This document shows, piece by piece, positions 13,552 through 24,037 of a stretch of 64,000 bases of DNA (its first letter is position 1; each line of letters begins with the position of its first letter). The notes below the pieces were generated by a model. That model was not told where the DNA came from, did not search any database, and worked only from the letters and a program-made list of their open reading frames with translations. The stretch is from Octopus sinensis. Taxonomy: Eukaryota. The stretch is taken from NCBI RefSeq assembly GCF_006345805.1, contig NC_043005.1, forward strand, positions 4,092,001 to 4,156,000, written 5' to 3'. The position numbers and the translations under genes were made by a program.

Positions 13552-13552
<1 letters not shown>
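12970..13552 (+). mobile_element. APE endonuclease fragment of the RTE element, inverted relative to its RT
   Basis: TIISAYAPQ, IFVAGDFNGHVG, ICNTNFRK, SQIDYIL, QHRLVVSDF in ORF 13016-13624; the ORF runs out into (TA)n. Confidence 0.92.
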
Positions 13553-13599
<47 letters not shown>

Positions 13600-14346
13600 T
13601 ACATATGTATATATATATATATAATTCAAAAGAAAATTAAGAAAATGGAGATATACCATTTAATAAAAATTTATTATCTGCAAAAATCCAACATGTTCTC
13701 TTGCAGCTGTTTCAGTTAAGCCTAAAGATTAAAATACCAATTATTCAATCCTTATATTAGGCAAAATTTCATCAGAGGGGTAGAAAAAAGATATACTGTT
13801 ATATATATATAAATTTACATAAGTGCACGGGGAGGTTGTATATGAAGAGAAAGAGAGAAAGGGGGAGATATATAAACCACAAATGCTAACATAGAGGAAA
13901 CATAAAGAGTGGGATGGCAACAGAGAGATAACTTAATTATTAACCCATTGGATGGATGAATGACTTATTTGGTCAGAGTTCATAAACAAACAGGACTTGG
14001 GGGTTAGCTGTAATAAGTAGTTGATCCTCTGTTCACATATACTGGCAGACCTCCTCTACAGATAAAAACCCCTTTTGAATTACAAAAATAAAATTAGTTC
14101 ATATCAGTAGTAGGTGTTTGGCAGTGAACTTTATTAATATATGCAACAACAGGGAACATGTTTTCAGCAGTTGTTCAAAGAGTCAATAAACTTTGGTGCT
14201 TTTTTTTTTTTCATATTTTCTTCAGTTTCTAAGAAGAATTGTCATCTCTGAAATCTTCAGATAATTAAATATATACATATTAAAAGAAACAGTATTGGTG
14301 AATCTGCTGATCATTATAATATGAATATACAATATATATTTCTTTA

Positions 14347-14565
14347 CTGCACACAAGGTGCTAAACATAGAGGGGACAAACAAGGACAGACAAAGGGAGT
14401 AAGTCGATTACATCGACCCCAGTGCGAAATTGGTACTTTATTTATCAACCCTGAAAGGATGAAAGGTAAAGTCGACCTCAGCGGAATTTGAACTCAGAAC
14501 GTAACAACAGACAAAATACCGCAAAGCATTTCGCCCAGCGCGCTGTTTCTGCCAGCTCACCGCTT
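14347..14565 (-). mobile_element. tRNA-derived SINE (family B)
   Basis: Minus-strand gagctggcagaa A-box-like and gagttcaaattc B-box-like motifs; matches copies at 28135-28365, 58445-58666 and 61217-61430. Confidence 0.8.
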
Positions 14566-14694
14566 AGGAATATACAATATATATATGTGTATACACGCAT
14601 ACACACAGATCAAAGCAGTTTGATTCAAATTCTTTGGTACGTTGAGTTTCAAAGCATGGTGCTAATCCTCAGCCATTGGAAATATTTAAATAAA

Positions 14695-14935
14695 ATCATC
14701 GTTATCATTAAAGTCCACTTTTCCATGATGCTTGCATGAGTCAGAATTTGTTGGGGCAGATTTTCAATAGTCAGCCATACTTCCTGTCACCAATCCTCAC
14801 CTGTTTCCAACAAGGTCTTTCAACCATGGCAAAACATGTTTTCCGTGAAAGACAGGAAATGAACAATATCACCTGCATGATGGTGATACTTGTTTAGAAC
14901 CATCATGTGATATCAAGACAAGGTTGGAAAAACAC
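14695..14935 (-). mobile_element. Short interspersed repeat (family D) with (GAT)n-type tail
   Basis: Similar to 15470-15690, 46060-46300 and 54650-54910 (ggaaacaggt...gaaaat...atggaaaagtggac). Confidence 0.6.
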
Positions 14936-14944
14936 ACATATATA

Positions 14945-15063
14945 TACCTTTCTATATTTAAGAGATGAGGATTAAGTACATTATTTAGATTCAACGGATA
15001 TTTGTCCTCATCTTGTTTGTTGTTAACACAACGTTTCAGCTAATATACCCTCCAGCCTTCTTC
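14945..15063 (-). mobile_element. 3' part of SINE family E, inverted relative to the adjacent full copy
   Basis: Reverse complement gaagaaggctggagggtatattagctgaaacgttgtgttaacaac matches 15289-15372. Confidence 0.85.
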
Positions 15064-15076
15064 CCACGCCTTATGC

Positions 15077-15375
15077 CCACAGGTATATGGCGTAGTGGTT
15101 AAGAGCATGGGCTACTAACCCCAAGATTCCAAGTTTGATTCCATGTAGCGACCTGAATAATAGCAGCAGCAGCAGCAACATCAACAACAACAACAACAAC
15201 AGACGCCGCCGACACCACCGCCACCACCATCATCATTGAAAAATACGTTAGGAATGAGAACCAGGTTCGAAATTTCCCCAAGACACCTGAAGAAGGCTGG
15301 AGGGTATATCAGCCGAAACGTTGTGTTAACAAACAAGATGAAGATAAATATCCATCGATTATAAATAATGTACAT
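15077..15375 (+). mobile_element. tRNA-headed SINE (family E) with microsatellite linker and hammerhead-bearing 3' region
   Basis: A box TGGCGTAGTGG 15088-15098; B-box-like GTTTGATTCC 15133-15142; (CAG/CAA/CAC)n linker; hammerhead motif at 15282-15327. Confidence 0.8.
15282..15327 (+). ncRNA. Minimal type I hammerhead ribozyme (Penelope-like)
   Basis: Stem I GACAC/GUGUU; core CUGAAGA plus extra A; stem II GGCUG/CAGCC; GAAA; palindromic AACGUU instead of a stem III; predicted cleavage GUU after 15322. Confidence 0.62.
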
Positions 15376-16045
15376 ATATATATACATATACAAGTTTCCA
15401 TCTACCAAATCCACCAACAAAGGCTTAGTCAGCCTAAATCTAAAGTAGGAGACACTTGCCCACCCTTGTGTTGGTATTACATGATGGTTGTAAATGAATA
15501 TCCCCATCATACAAGCAATGCTGTCCGTTTCTGGTTTTCTGTGAAAACATGTCTGCCCATGGAGAAATATTACATTACTTGGAAACAGATTAGAGCTGAT
15601 GACAAGAAAGGTACCCATACATAGAAAATCTATCTCAACAAATTACATTTAATCCATGCAAGCATGGAAAAGTGAATGTCAAATGGGAACTGCTTAGATT
15701 TTCTCAAAACAAAAGACACTGATGTGCATCCTCCAAATCCAATACATTAATGGCACAGTGAAGATCCTGTAAAACATTCCAAAGATTCTCTGTCTGAGAT
15801 TATTTAAATGGATTTATGCGCACAGTTGTGTGCATCTACAAAGGCACAAAGGTGAAAAGTAATGATGCACGTGCATACACACACACACATCTAAACACTA
15901 ACAAGACATGTTCACAGAAATGCAGGAGCATTAACTTTGTAGCGGTATCTGATATCCTCACTGTTTGAGAGACACACTTCGAAGTGAGAGCTTCTCTGTG
16001 CATAGGGTGTTCCCTGAGAGAAGTCGAGCCACGTCCGATCGCTAG

Positions 16046-16243
16046 AGCCTTTGTTTCTAACTGGGCCTCTGTAGGGGGAAAATGTCCAAGCGGGCCACGA
16101 ATATGCTGTTGAATCTTGGACCGTTGACACTTGGAGCAAGTGCGTGTCCAAGTGGTAATAGTGCAACGCATATTTGGCCAGAAAAAACGAGCAGAGATAA
16201 GCTTAAGGGTAGCAGCGATGCCAGGATGTGATAAGGAGTGCAG
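16046..16243 (-). pseudogene. Ty3/Gypsy integrase zinc-binding (HHCC) fragment
   Basis: LHSLSHPGIAATLKLISARFFWPNMR..WTRTCSKCQRSKI in ORF 15836-16303. Confidence 0.85.
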
Positions 16244-16256
16244 TGCCTCCGCACTC

Positions 16257-16724
16257 GAGGGGGAGCCATGTAGTGACGCTACTGTGTAAGTTTCAGCGCA
16301 CATGCACAGAATTGGATTACTTCTGGTTGGCCACCAGAAGATTCCTCATGCGCATGCGCAGGAACTGCAACCTGAAAGCGTGACCACTATATCAGTCTTT
16401 CTGGCAGAGCAGTGCTAGCGATCGGACGTGGCTCGACTTCTCTCAGGGAACACCCTATGCACAGAGAAGCTCTCACTTCGAAGCGAGAACGAACACCGTA
16501 TCTTCTGGGCTCACATGAGTGAACATTGTAAACAGTCCTGTGGACTCGGCTGCCGGTTTCCTCGCAAGAAATACATATGTATATGTTTTACCTGTGAACC
16601 GCAGAATAAACTACTATTTGTTGTTATCGAAGACAGCCTGGCTTTGGTTCCGTTTCTTCAACTTGTATGTGACAAGATCAGACCAGACACCCCTCCAGTG
16701 TTCCTGAACTCTCATCTTGTTACA
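16257..16724 (+). mobile_element. Polypurine tract plus probable Gypsy 3' LTR
   Basis: PPT gagggggag (16257-16265), then TGTAGTGAC at 16269; AATAAA near 16605; ends ..TTGTTACA at 16724 (TG...CA). Confidence 0.65.
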
Positions 16725-17294
16725 ACTTTATCACATATTTACAAACCCCAGGAACTCTCTTAAATCAATAAATCACTTGAATGCCATTAAGAAGACCTTA
16801 AATCTCAAAGAATAACATACATATATAAAGACTATATGTACATGTATACATGTACATACTACACACACCTATGTGCATACATGCATACATACATACATAC
16901 ATACATATATACATACATACATACATACATACATACATACATACATACATACATACATACACATACATACATACATGCATACATAAAAAAATATACATAT
17001 ATACAGGGCCTTTGAGAAATATTTGTATGGTGAAACAAGACATGACTGCTTTCAGACCCTGGGGATTTCTTCTCAAAATTCAAAAGGCTGTCTTTTTTTC
17101 TTGAGGGAAGAGCCTGTCAGATATTCATGGGCCCTTCCTTAGTTCTACAGGCCCTGGGGTCTATGTGCCAGCTGCACTGTGTATTTTTCTGATGTGTATG
17201 TGTGGTGTGTGTATGTGTGTATACACACACACACAAATACGGGTATAATAAGTAACATACAAAATAAACTTTTGATTTATTGAAACTATCTCTG

Positions 17295-18140
17295 CATCCA
17301 AAGAAGGTTGAATACTCGCTTGGAGGCAAATGGCACCAACTGCAAGTGAGGAAAAATAATCAAGAACCAATAAATCTCCAAAACTGATATGTCATAAAGG
17401 AAAAGACTCTTGTCTGAAGAAATGAAGAGAGCTGTGAATATAAGTTTCTACCTTAATAGGTGTCATCAGCAAAGCAACTGCTTTACCTATGAGACCCTAC
17501 GACATGCAAAAACAAAACAATAGAACACATTTACAGCCTAAATAATTTGCATGGGTTTATGGCATGCCAGGTAAATGTGAACATAAAATTTAGCTTCCTC
17601 ATTTCTCTTACAGACAAGAGTCTTTTCCTTTATGACATATCAGTTTTGGAGAATTATTGGTTCTTGATTAACATGGCCAAATAGTAAAGTGCATCATACT
17701 TCTGGCTCTAGCCACCAACTACAATAGAAACTCAGCAATAGCCAGCTTACTGAATATAGCAAAGTCTATCATGTTGAAGGTGAGAAAAGAACTGGAGGCT
17801 TCTGGTGAGGGTGGTGTCATCTATGGCCAAAAGAATAAAACTTTCTCAGTGGTCAGATATTGTCAAGATGCCTGAATGATGCCCAGGGCATAATCAGGAA
17901 CTTGGTGAGGGCCATAACCAAGCAGCTCAGACATGTTGGACATGAAGACATCAGGTACACAACCTGTGTGAGAGGAGAGGACAGTTTATATCCAGAAAGA
18001 CCTGAGAGAATTGTGTGATCTGAACAAGGTTAAGTTATCTGAGAAACCTTTTATGCTCTGGGTTCTCTATGATGTGAAGAACTTCAACCAGGACCAGAGG
18101 ATGAATTGGAACAATGGCAGTGGTCCAACTGAGGAATTAC
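17295..18140 (+). mobile_element. Degenerate Tc1/mariner remnants: right end of one copy, spacer, left TIR and transposase fragment of another
   Basis: 59-bp inverted repeats 17358-17416 / 17611-17669, the latter beginning TA|CAG. Decayed transposase motifs KVRKELEASG, HEDIRY and a SDEKNF.QDQ-like stretch near 18060-18100. Confidence 0.65.
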
Positions 18141-18359
18141 AACTATTTTAGGCAGACTGCAAGACCATTCAGAGGCTCCTTCATTGTTTCAAATGTTCAA
18201 AGTCAATCTTGGCATTTTTCAATTCAGATTTATAAAACATGGACATACACCACTTTTGGTGTTCCCTTCTACTATATGCACCAAATCTTCCCCCACAAAA
18301 AAACAAAATACCACTGAGCATTTTGCCTAGTGTGCTAATAATTTTGCTATCTCATTGCC

Positions 18360-18415
<56 letters not shown>

Positions 18416-18439
18416 CAAAATCGCTGACATGGCTGATGA

Positions 18440-18915
18440 AAGTACCACCTGATTGGCACTTGTGCTAGTGCAACATTAAAAGCACATTGGAGCATGATCG
18501 TTGCCAGGGCCTCGGATTGGCTCCCATGCTGGTGACACGTGAAAAGCACCATTCAAGCATGATCATTGCCAGCGTTGCCATACCGGTCTATGTGCCAGTG
18601 GCACATGAAAAACAATATTCGAGCGTGGTCGTTGCCAGTGCAGCCGGACTGGCTCCCATGCAGGTGGCACATAAAAAACACCTTTTGAGCGTGGTCATTG
18701 CCAGAACCGCCTGACTGGCCCTTGTACTGGTAGCATGTAAAAGCACCCACTACACTCTCGGAGTGGTTGGCATTAGGAAGGGCATCCAGCTGTAGAAACT
18801 TTGCCAGATCAGACTGGAGCCTGGTGCAGCCTCCTGGCTTGCCAGTCCTCAGTCAAACCGTCCAACCCATACCAGCATGGAAAGTGGACGTTAAGTGATG
18901 ATGATGATGATGATG
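18440..18915 (+). mobile_element. RTE-related short element (family C) with internal tandem units and (GAT)n tail
   Basis: Shares the 3' end ccaacccat.ccagcatggaaag.ggacgtt..gatgatgat with the RTE 3' UTR. Other copies at 46560-46850, 46930-47220, 47880-48150, 59690-60118, 63830-64000. Confidence 0.75.
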
Positions 18916-19260
18916 AATAATTTATTCTTATATTATTCACATAAATAAAATTAAATGACATGCGACAACATAAAAGATAAAAACAGGACGGTACAATGGG
19001 TTTTCCACATGTAAACAATATGAATAACAATTAAAAATTAATTTAAAACTCCCAATAGGGGAGGTGTTTTAAGGTCCTAATAGAAAAACCCAGAAAAGCC
19101 ATGGGTACCTGATCGATACGGCAAGAACCCTTCTCTTTTTAATTTCTCACAAGTGTATGCTCAAAATTGGTCCTTTTACACTGACCATTCTTCCAACATT
19201 CACCCACCTTTCAACAAAGGTACAAAATCACAGATCATTTAAAGAGAGAGAATATATAGT
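18916..19260 (-). mobile_element. Probable L1/Tx1-type LINE 3' end
   Basis: Minus-strand FVERWVNVGRMVSVKGPILSIHL* followed by a T-rich UTR and AATAAA; family assignment from recall only. Confidence 0.4.
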
Positions 19261-20181
19261 CAACTAGCTCAACCTACTCAATTCTTGAGTAGGTTTTCTT
19301 TTACTGCTACCCAGGAGTACAAAAAAGACAAAACCGAATTTGGTAAAGATTTGAAATTCAAAAACATAAATAAAGACTGGGAAATTCAATACTGCAAGGT
19401 GTTTTTTCCCATGTTATTATAACAATAATAAGGACTTCTGACTAAGTATCAAATGAAGATCATGATGTGGTTGGCAGTTGGAGATACTACCAGAAAGGAT
19501 ATTGGCATAATAGCCAAATGATCAAAGATTTGCCACCATTGTTCTGGTGATTGTATGCTAAGGACACTTAAATTAAAGTAGTCAATCCATCTTATATGAG
19601 TAACCGAGACACAATAGAATCATAGACATAAGGTTGATTCAATCATAAGAGACAGAATGTTGTATCATTAATGGAATCCAAACTAAAGACCCCTCAGGCT
19701 GAAATCAAGCACTTTCTTCACACAGCTACTGTAATCTCTTAGAGCAGATAAGAGGAGACAAGTAAACAAAAATCTTTTAGGTACTTTTTTACTTCTGAAA
19801 TAGGTACATCTTTAGATTTATCAAGGGAAAGGTAAAAGTTTATAATTTTCATACTTTTCCCCTGAAGTATTAGCAACATTGTGTTGTGGCTTCAAACATA
19901 GTCAAATAGATAAGGCTTTGCATGTAATGCACCAATATTTTCTATTTTCAAACAACATGTGTATTTGTGTGCATGTATATTCACATATATATATGCATAT
20001 GTGCATATGTATGTGTGTGGGTATATTCATATATACCCATATATGCATGCATATATATATATACATATAGTCAAAATCGTCCAACCCATGCTAGCATGGA
20101 AAGCGGACGTTAAAAGATGATGATGATGATATATATATATATAAATATATAGGTATATATTTATGTGTGTTTATGTATATA

Positions 20182-20225
<44 letters not shown>

Positions 20226-20970
20226 AATATATATGTATATATACATAGGCATGTATGCATGTGTGTATACACATAGATAGATAGATAGATATCTGCCTAT
20301 CTATTTATATAAATATTCTTCATTCACAGAAAAAAGTATACAGAATATACATAAATATTTTCCTCTTCGATTCTGTTCATGAGGAATGCTAAAAACTAGA
20401 ACAGTCTTTGATGAATAAGAATCGCACAAATTTCTAACTGTTTTAACCTGCCATACTTAGATTTGGAAGTAATTATACTTTTCGTTCTTTTGTGAAACAA
20501 AATTCCTTCTCTCAAAGAACGAAAGGTAATGTTAGGCGCTATAACAATAATGGAAACGGCTTACCTAAGGAATTTGATACTTTTGTAAATAAGTCACGTA
20601 TGTAAAAAGAAAAAAGAAAAGAATTCTACAAGAAAGAAATGGCATAGGGGGCACAAACAAATAAATAAATATAATAAAAACATCAAAAATAAATATATAG
20701 ACAAATCAAAACAAAAACAACAAAAACAAACATATAGACAAATCAAAATAACCGAATTCTAGCATTTAGCGACCACGCCTAAAGTAACCAAATGTTTGAA
20801 AGTAACTCAGTCATTTATTACTAGTTTCTTACCGACGGCTGTGTGATGTCATTTAAACTTCAATTTACTAATATTACATACTAAATTGTGTGTGTGTGGG
20901 CACTACTTCTAATCTGGTTGTATTCATTTAAAACCTGGTCAGACAGATTCACCAAAGACTGACACACACG

Positions 20971-21004
<34 letters not shown>

Positions 21005-21011
21005 CAACAAC

Positions 21012-21660
21012 AACTGCCCATATCCTACATAAATGATGTCTATGTAATCTCAAATTTTAAAACAAACTTAACAATTTTCTTCTGTTTTCTTAAACATTTT
21101 CTAGAACAATACTATGTGCAAAACCAAATATATGACATCCATATATGATACCAGCTTGAACTTCTAACTTGTTGTCTCTTGAGGTCTCTGGGTGAGACTT
21201 GGAGTCAACTTATGCAAATATAAAACAAAAGTCAAATGTATAATAAATGCCCTGATGCAGTACCAGGTACTGGTTCTCATGGCTTCTGATCTTAACTGAC
21301 TGGAAGTGTTATCATGAACATGTTTTGTCTTGATGTAATAGATGGGCTACAGCAAATGTTCTGCTCAAATGAAATTTACTTGTCATTTGCTTGACCTTAA
21401 CCAGTTGAATATGTCCCTTATAGGTTGACAATATGTGCATCTCTGATCATGAGCAGAAGTAGTGGGGGAGCATCATAGCCATGTCTTGAGAGGAATTTTT
21501 TGGGACTTGCATAATTCACCTTTGGAAACATGGGTGTTTCATTCAACATCCTAAAACAACCCTTATTAAGGGAACTTTTAAGCAGGATGAGCTGCTTGAC
21601 CTGAAGAAAATTCTAACTGGGCCTCATCTGCAAGGTCATGCGCTGTTTATCTTGATATGA
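21012..21660 (+). mobile_element. Dong/R4-type LINE 3' fragment (copy A)
   Basis: Starts at TAHILH-coding sequence directly after an (AAT)n(AAC)n tract; UTR matches 21900-22562. Confidence 0.7.
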
Positions 21661-22713
21661 CTGTCCCAATCGATATAAACGTATCTGTCAAGACCTACCA
21701 AAAGCTGAGCAAATATAAAGATCTTGAAATAGAAATTAGCAAAATGTGGAACCTGAAGACTAAAACAATACCTGTTGTCATAGGTGCCCTGGGAATGATA
21801 GTAAAAGGGGCTGATCGCTACCTAGCTCAGATACCAGGAAACCCCAAAATGGCAGAAATTCAAAAGATAGTGCTCATGGGAACTGCTCATATCCTACGCA
21901 AATTACTTTCTATATAATCTCAAGTTTTAAAACAAACATAATTTTCTTATGGTTTCTTAAACATTCTCTAGTACAACACTAAGTACAAAACCAAATATAT
22001 GGCACCAGAGGCATAACACTAACATGAACTTCCAACTTGTCTCTTGAGGTCTCTGGGTGAGACTTGGAGCCAACTTGCTCAAATGTAAAGCAAAAGTCAA
22101 ACATATAATAATAATAATGATAATAATGATGATGATGATGATAAATGCTCTGATGCAGTACCAGACAGTGGCTTTCATGGTTTCTGATCTTAACTGATTG
22201 GAAGTGTTATCATGTACATTGTTTTGTCTCGGTATAAAAGATAGGCTACAGCAAATATTCTGCTCAATACCACAGATTTGCTTGCCAGTTGTTTGACCTT
22301 AACCAGTTGAGCATGTCACTTAGTGGCTGACGATGTGTGCATCTCTGATGACGAGCAGAAGTAGTGGGGGAGCATCATAGCCATGTGTTAAGAGGGATTC
22401 TTTGGGGTTTGAATAATTCACCCCTGGAAACATGGGTGTTTCGTTCAACATTCTTAAACAAACCTTATTCAGGGACCTTTTGAGCGGGATGGGCTACTTC
22501 ACCAGAAGAAAATTCTAACTGGGCCCCACCTGCAAGGTCATGTGCTGTTTATCTTGATATGAGATCATCATGTCACGCACATATGGTTGTGATGCATGGG
22601 CCTAGTGTACCCTTATCAGACGGGTAGTCATGATGGGTATACTGGGCTTCGTATATTTTACCCCAGTGTCACTTTGATGGCATGCACTGCTCTCTCACTC
22701 AATAATAATAATA

Positions 22714-22770
<57 letters not shown>
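21652..22770 (+). mobile_element. Dong/R4-type LINE 3' fragment (copy B): RLE C-terminus, long 3' UTR, (AAT)n tail
   Basis: ORF 21657-21917 (MTVPIDINVS..KLSKYKDLEIEI..IPVVIGALG..GTAHILRK) is near-identical to the C-terminus of ORF 28995-29675. Confidence 0.8.
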
Positions 22771-23511
22771 CCTTTCTGTTAATAATCACAAAGTCAGTAA
22801 TTGTAGAGCAACCCTAGAATTTTTGACTGATACAATATTTCATTGATCCTGAAGCAGAACTGAAGCAAACTTGCCGAGATTTGAACTCAGAATGAAAAGA
22901 TCCAGAAGAAATATGGCTAAGCATTTTGTTCAATGAGCTAACGATTCTATCAGCTTGCCTCTTTTGGTTTCTCATTTAAGCACAAGACCACCAATTTCAA
23001 CAGGAGATGGTTTAGTTAATAATATCAACTCCAGTGTATCACTTGTACCTTATTTTAATAACCCCCACCCCACGAAAGGATGAAAGGTAAAATTAACTTT
23101 AGTAAAATTTGAGTAAAGAGTAAAGATCCATAAAATATTTTTTCTAATACTCTAATGATTCAGCCAGCTCACTGCCTTGATGATAACAATGGTTTCAAAT
23201 TTTGGCAAAAGACTAGTAATTTTGAGGGGAGGGAGTAATTTGATACCATCAACCATAGTACTTTCTCCGTCTTCCTTTAATCTTTTTGTCATCTTCCAGT
23301 GTCTTTATCTGAAAGTGAGACAGAAAGTCTAGAAATATTGATGGATTTGGGAATTTGGCAGGCTTTGGTTTCAAGTACTTATATCTGTGGGATGTATGAT
23401 GAAACCAAAACAATCCAAAGAGAAATAGACTTGGATACCCCGAAGTGAAACAAACATGCAAATCTATTAAATGTCACTTATTTAAATATCATCATTACAG
23501 ATTTCTGAGGC

Positions 23512-23717
23512 AGGAAGCTGGCAGAATTGTTAACATACTAGGCCAAAAAACTCTTAGCAGCATTTCATCCGTCTTCACATTCTAAGACTATATGCTGCTG
23601 AGGTCAGATTTGCCTTTCATCCTTTCAGGGTTGATACAATAATTACCTGTTGAGCACTGGGGTTGATACAATTGACTAGCCCCTCCCCTCAAAATTTCTG
23701 ACCTTGTGCCTATATTA
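23512..23717 (+). mobile_element. SINE family B
   Basis: ggaagctggcagaattgtta...tttgcctttcatcctttcagggttgat...ccttgtgcc. Confidence 0.7.
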
Positions 23718-24037
23718 CAGAGGTTCCCTAAGTAGGCAGTATTGTCCCCCCTTGGGGCGGTGGAAAGTTCCAAGGGGGCGTTGAAGAAAAATGGGGCAAT
23801 AATGGGGTAGTGATTCATGTAAAAAGTGGGGCAATAATGGAGAAGCCATTCATGTAAAAACAACAAAATAATGGGTTTATTAGGTTAAGTTTTATTTGTG
23901 AAATACAGTTTCTTTGAATTTGCTTTAGAAAGAGGCCTATGTTTGTGATGGTTAGTTGGGGTGAGGGCACTCGGAGTGTGGCCAGGGTGGCCAGGGTGTC
24001 AAGGGGGCAGCAGCCTGAAAATGTTTGGGAACCACTG
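23718..24037. mobile_element. hAT-type MITE
   Basis: TIRs CAGAGGTTCCC / revcomp CAGTGGTTCCC; perfect 8-bp TSD ctatatta at 23710-23717 and 24038-24045. Confidence 0.85.

Noticed and set aside
15077-15150. tRNA gene (also the heads at 10057, 32398, 43470, 61045)
   Set aside because: A/B boxes are present but there is no complete cloverleaf, and each continues into SINE body sequence.
20540-20850. Two minus-strand GTAAG donor-like sites in CpG-retaining sequence
   Set aside because: Could be 5' UTR exons but is indistinguishable from chance without transcript data.
22140-22700. Possible structured RNA gene or rRNA fragment
   Set aside because: No recognisable rRNA motifs; it directly follows Dong/R4 UTR sequence in two copies and ends in (AAT)n, so it was treated as the element's 3' region.
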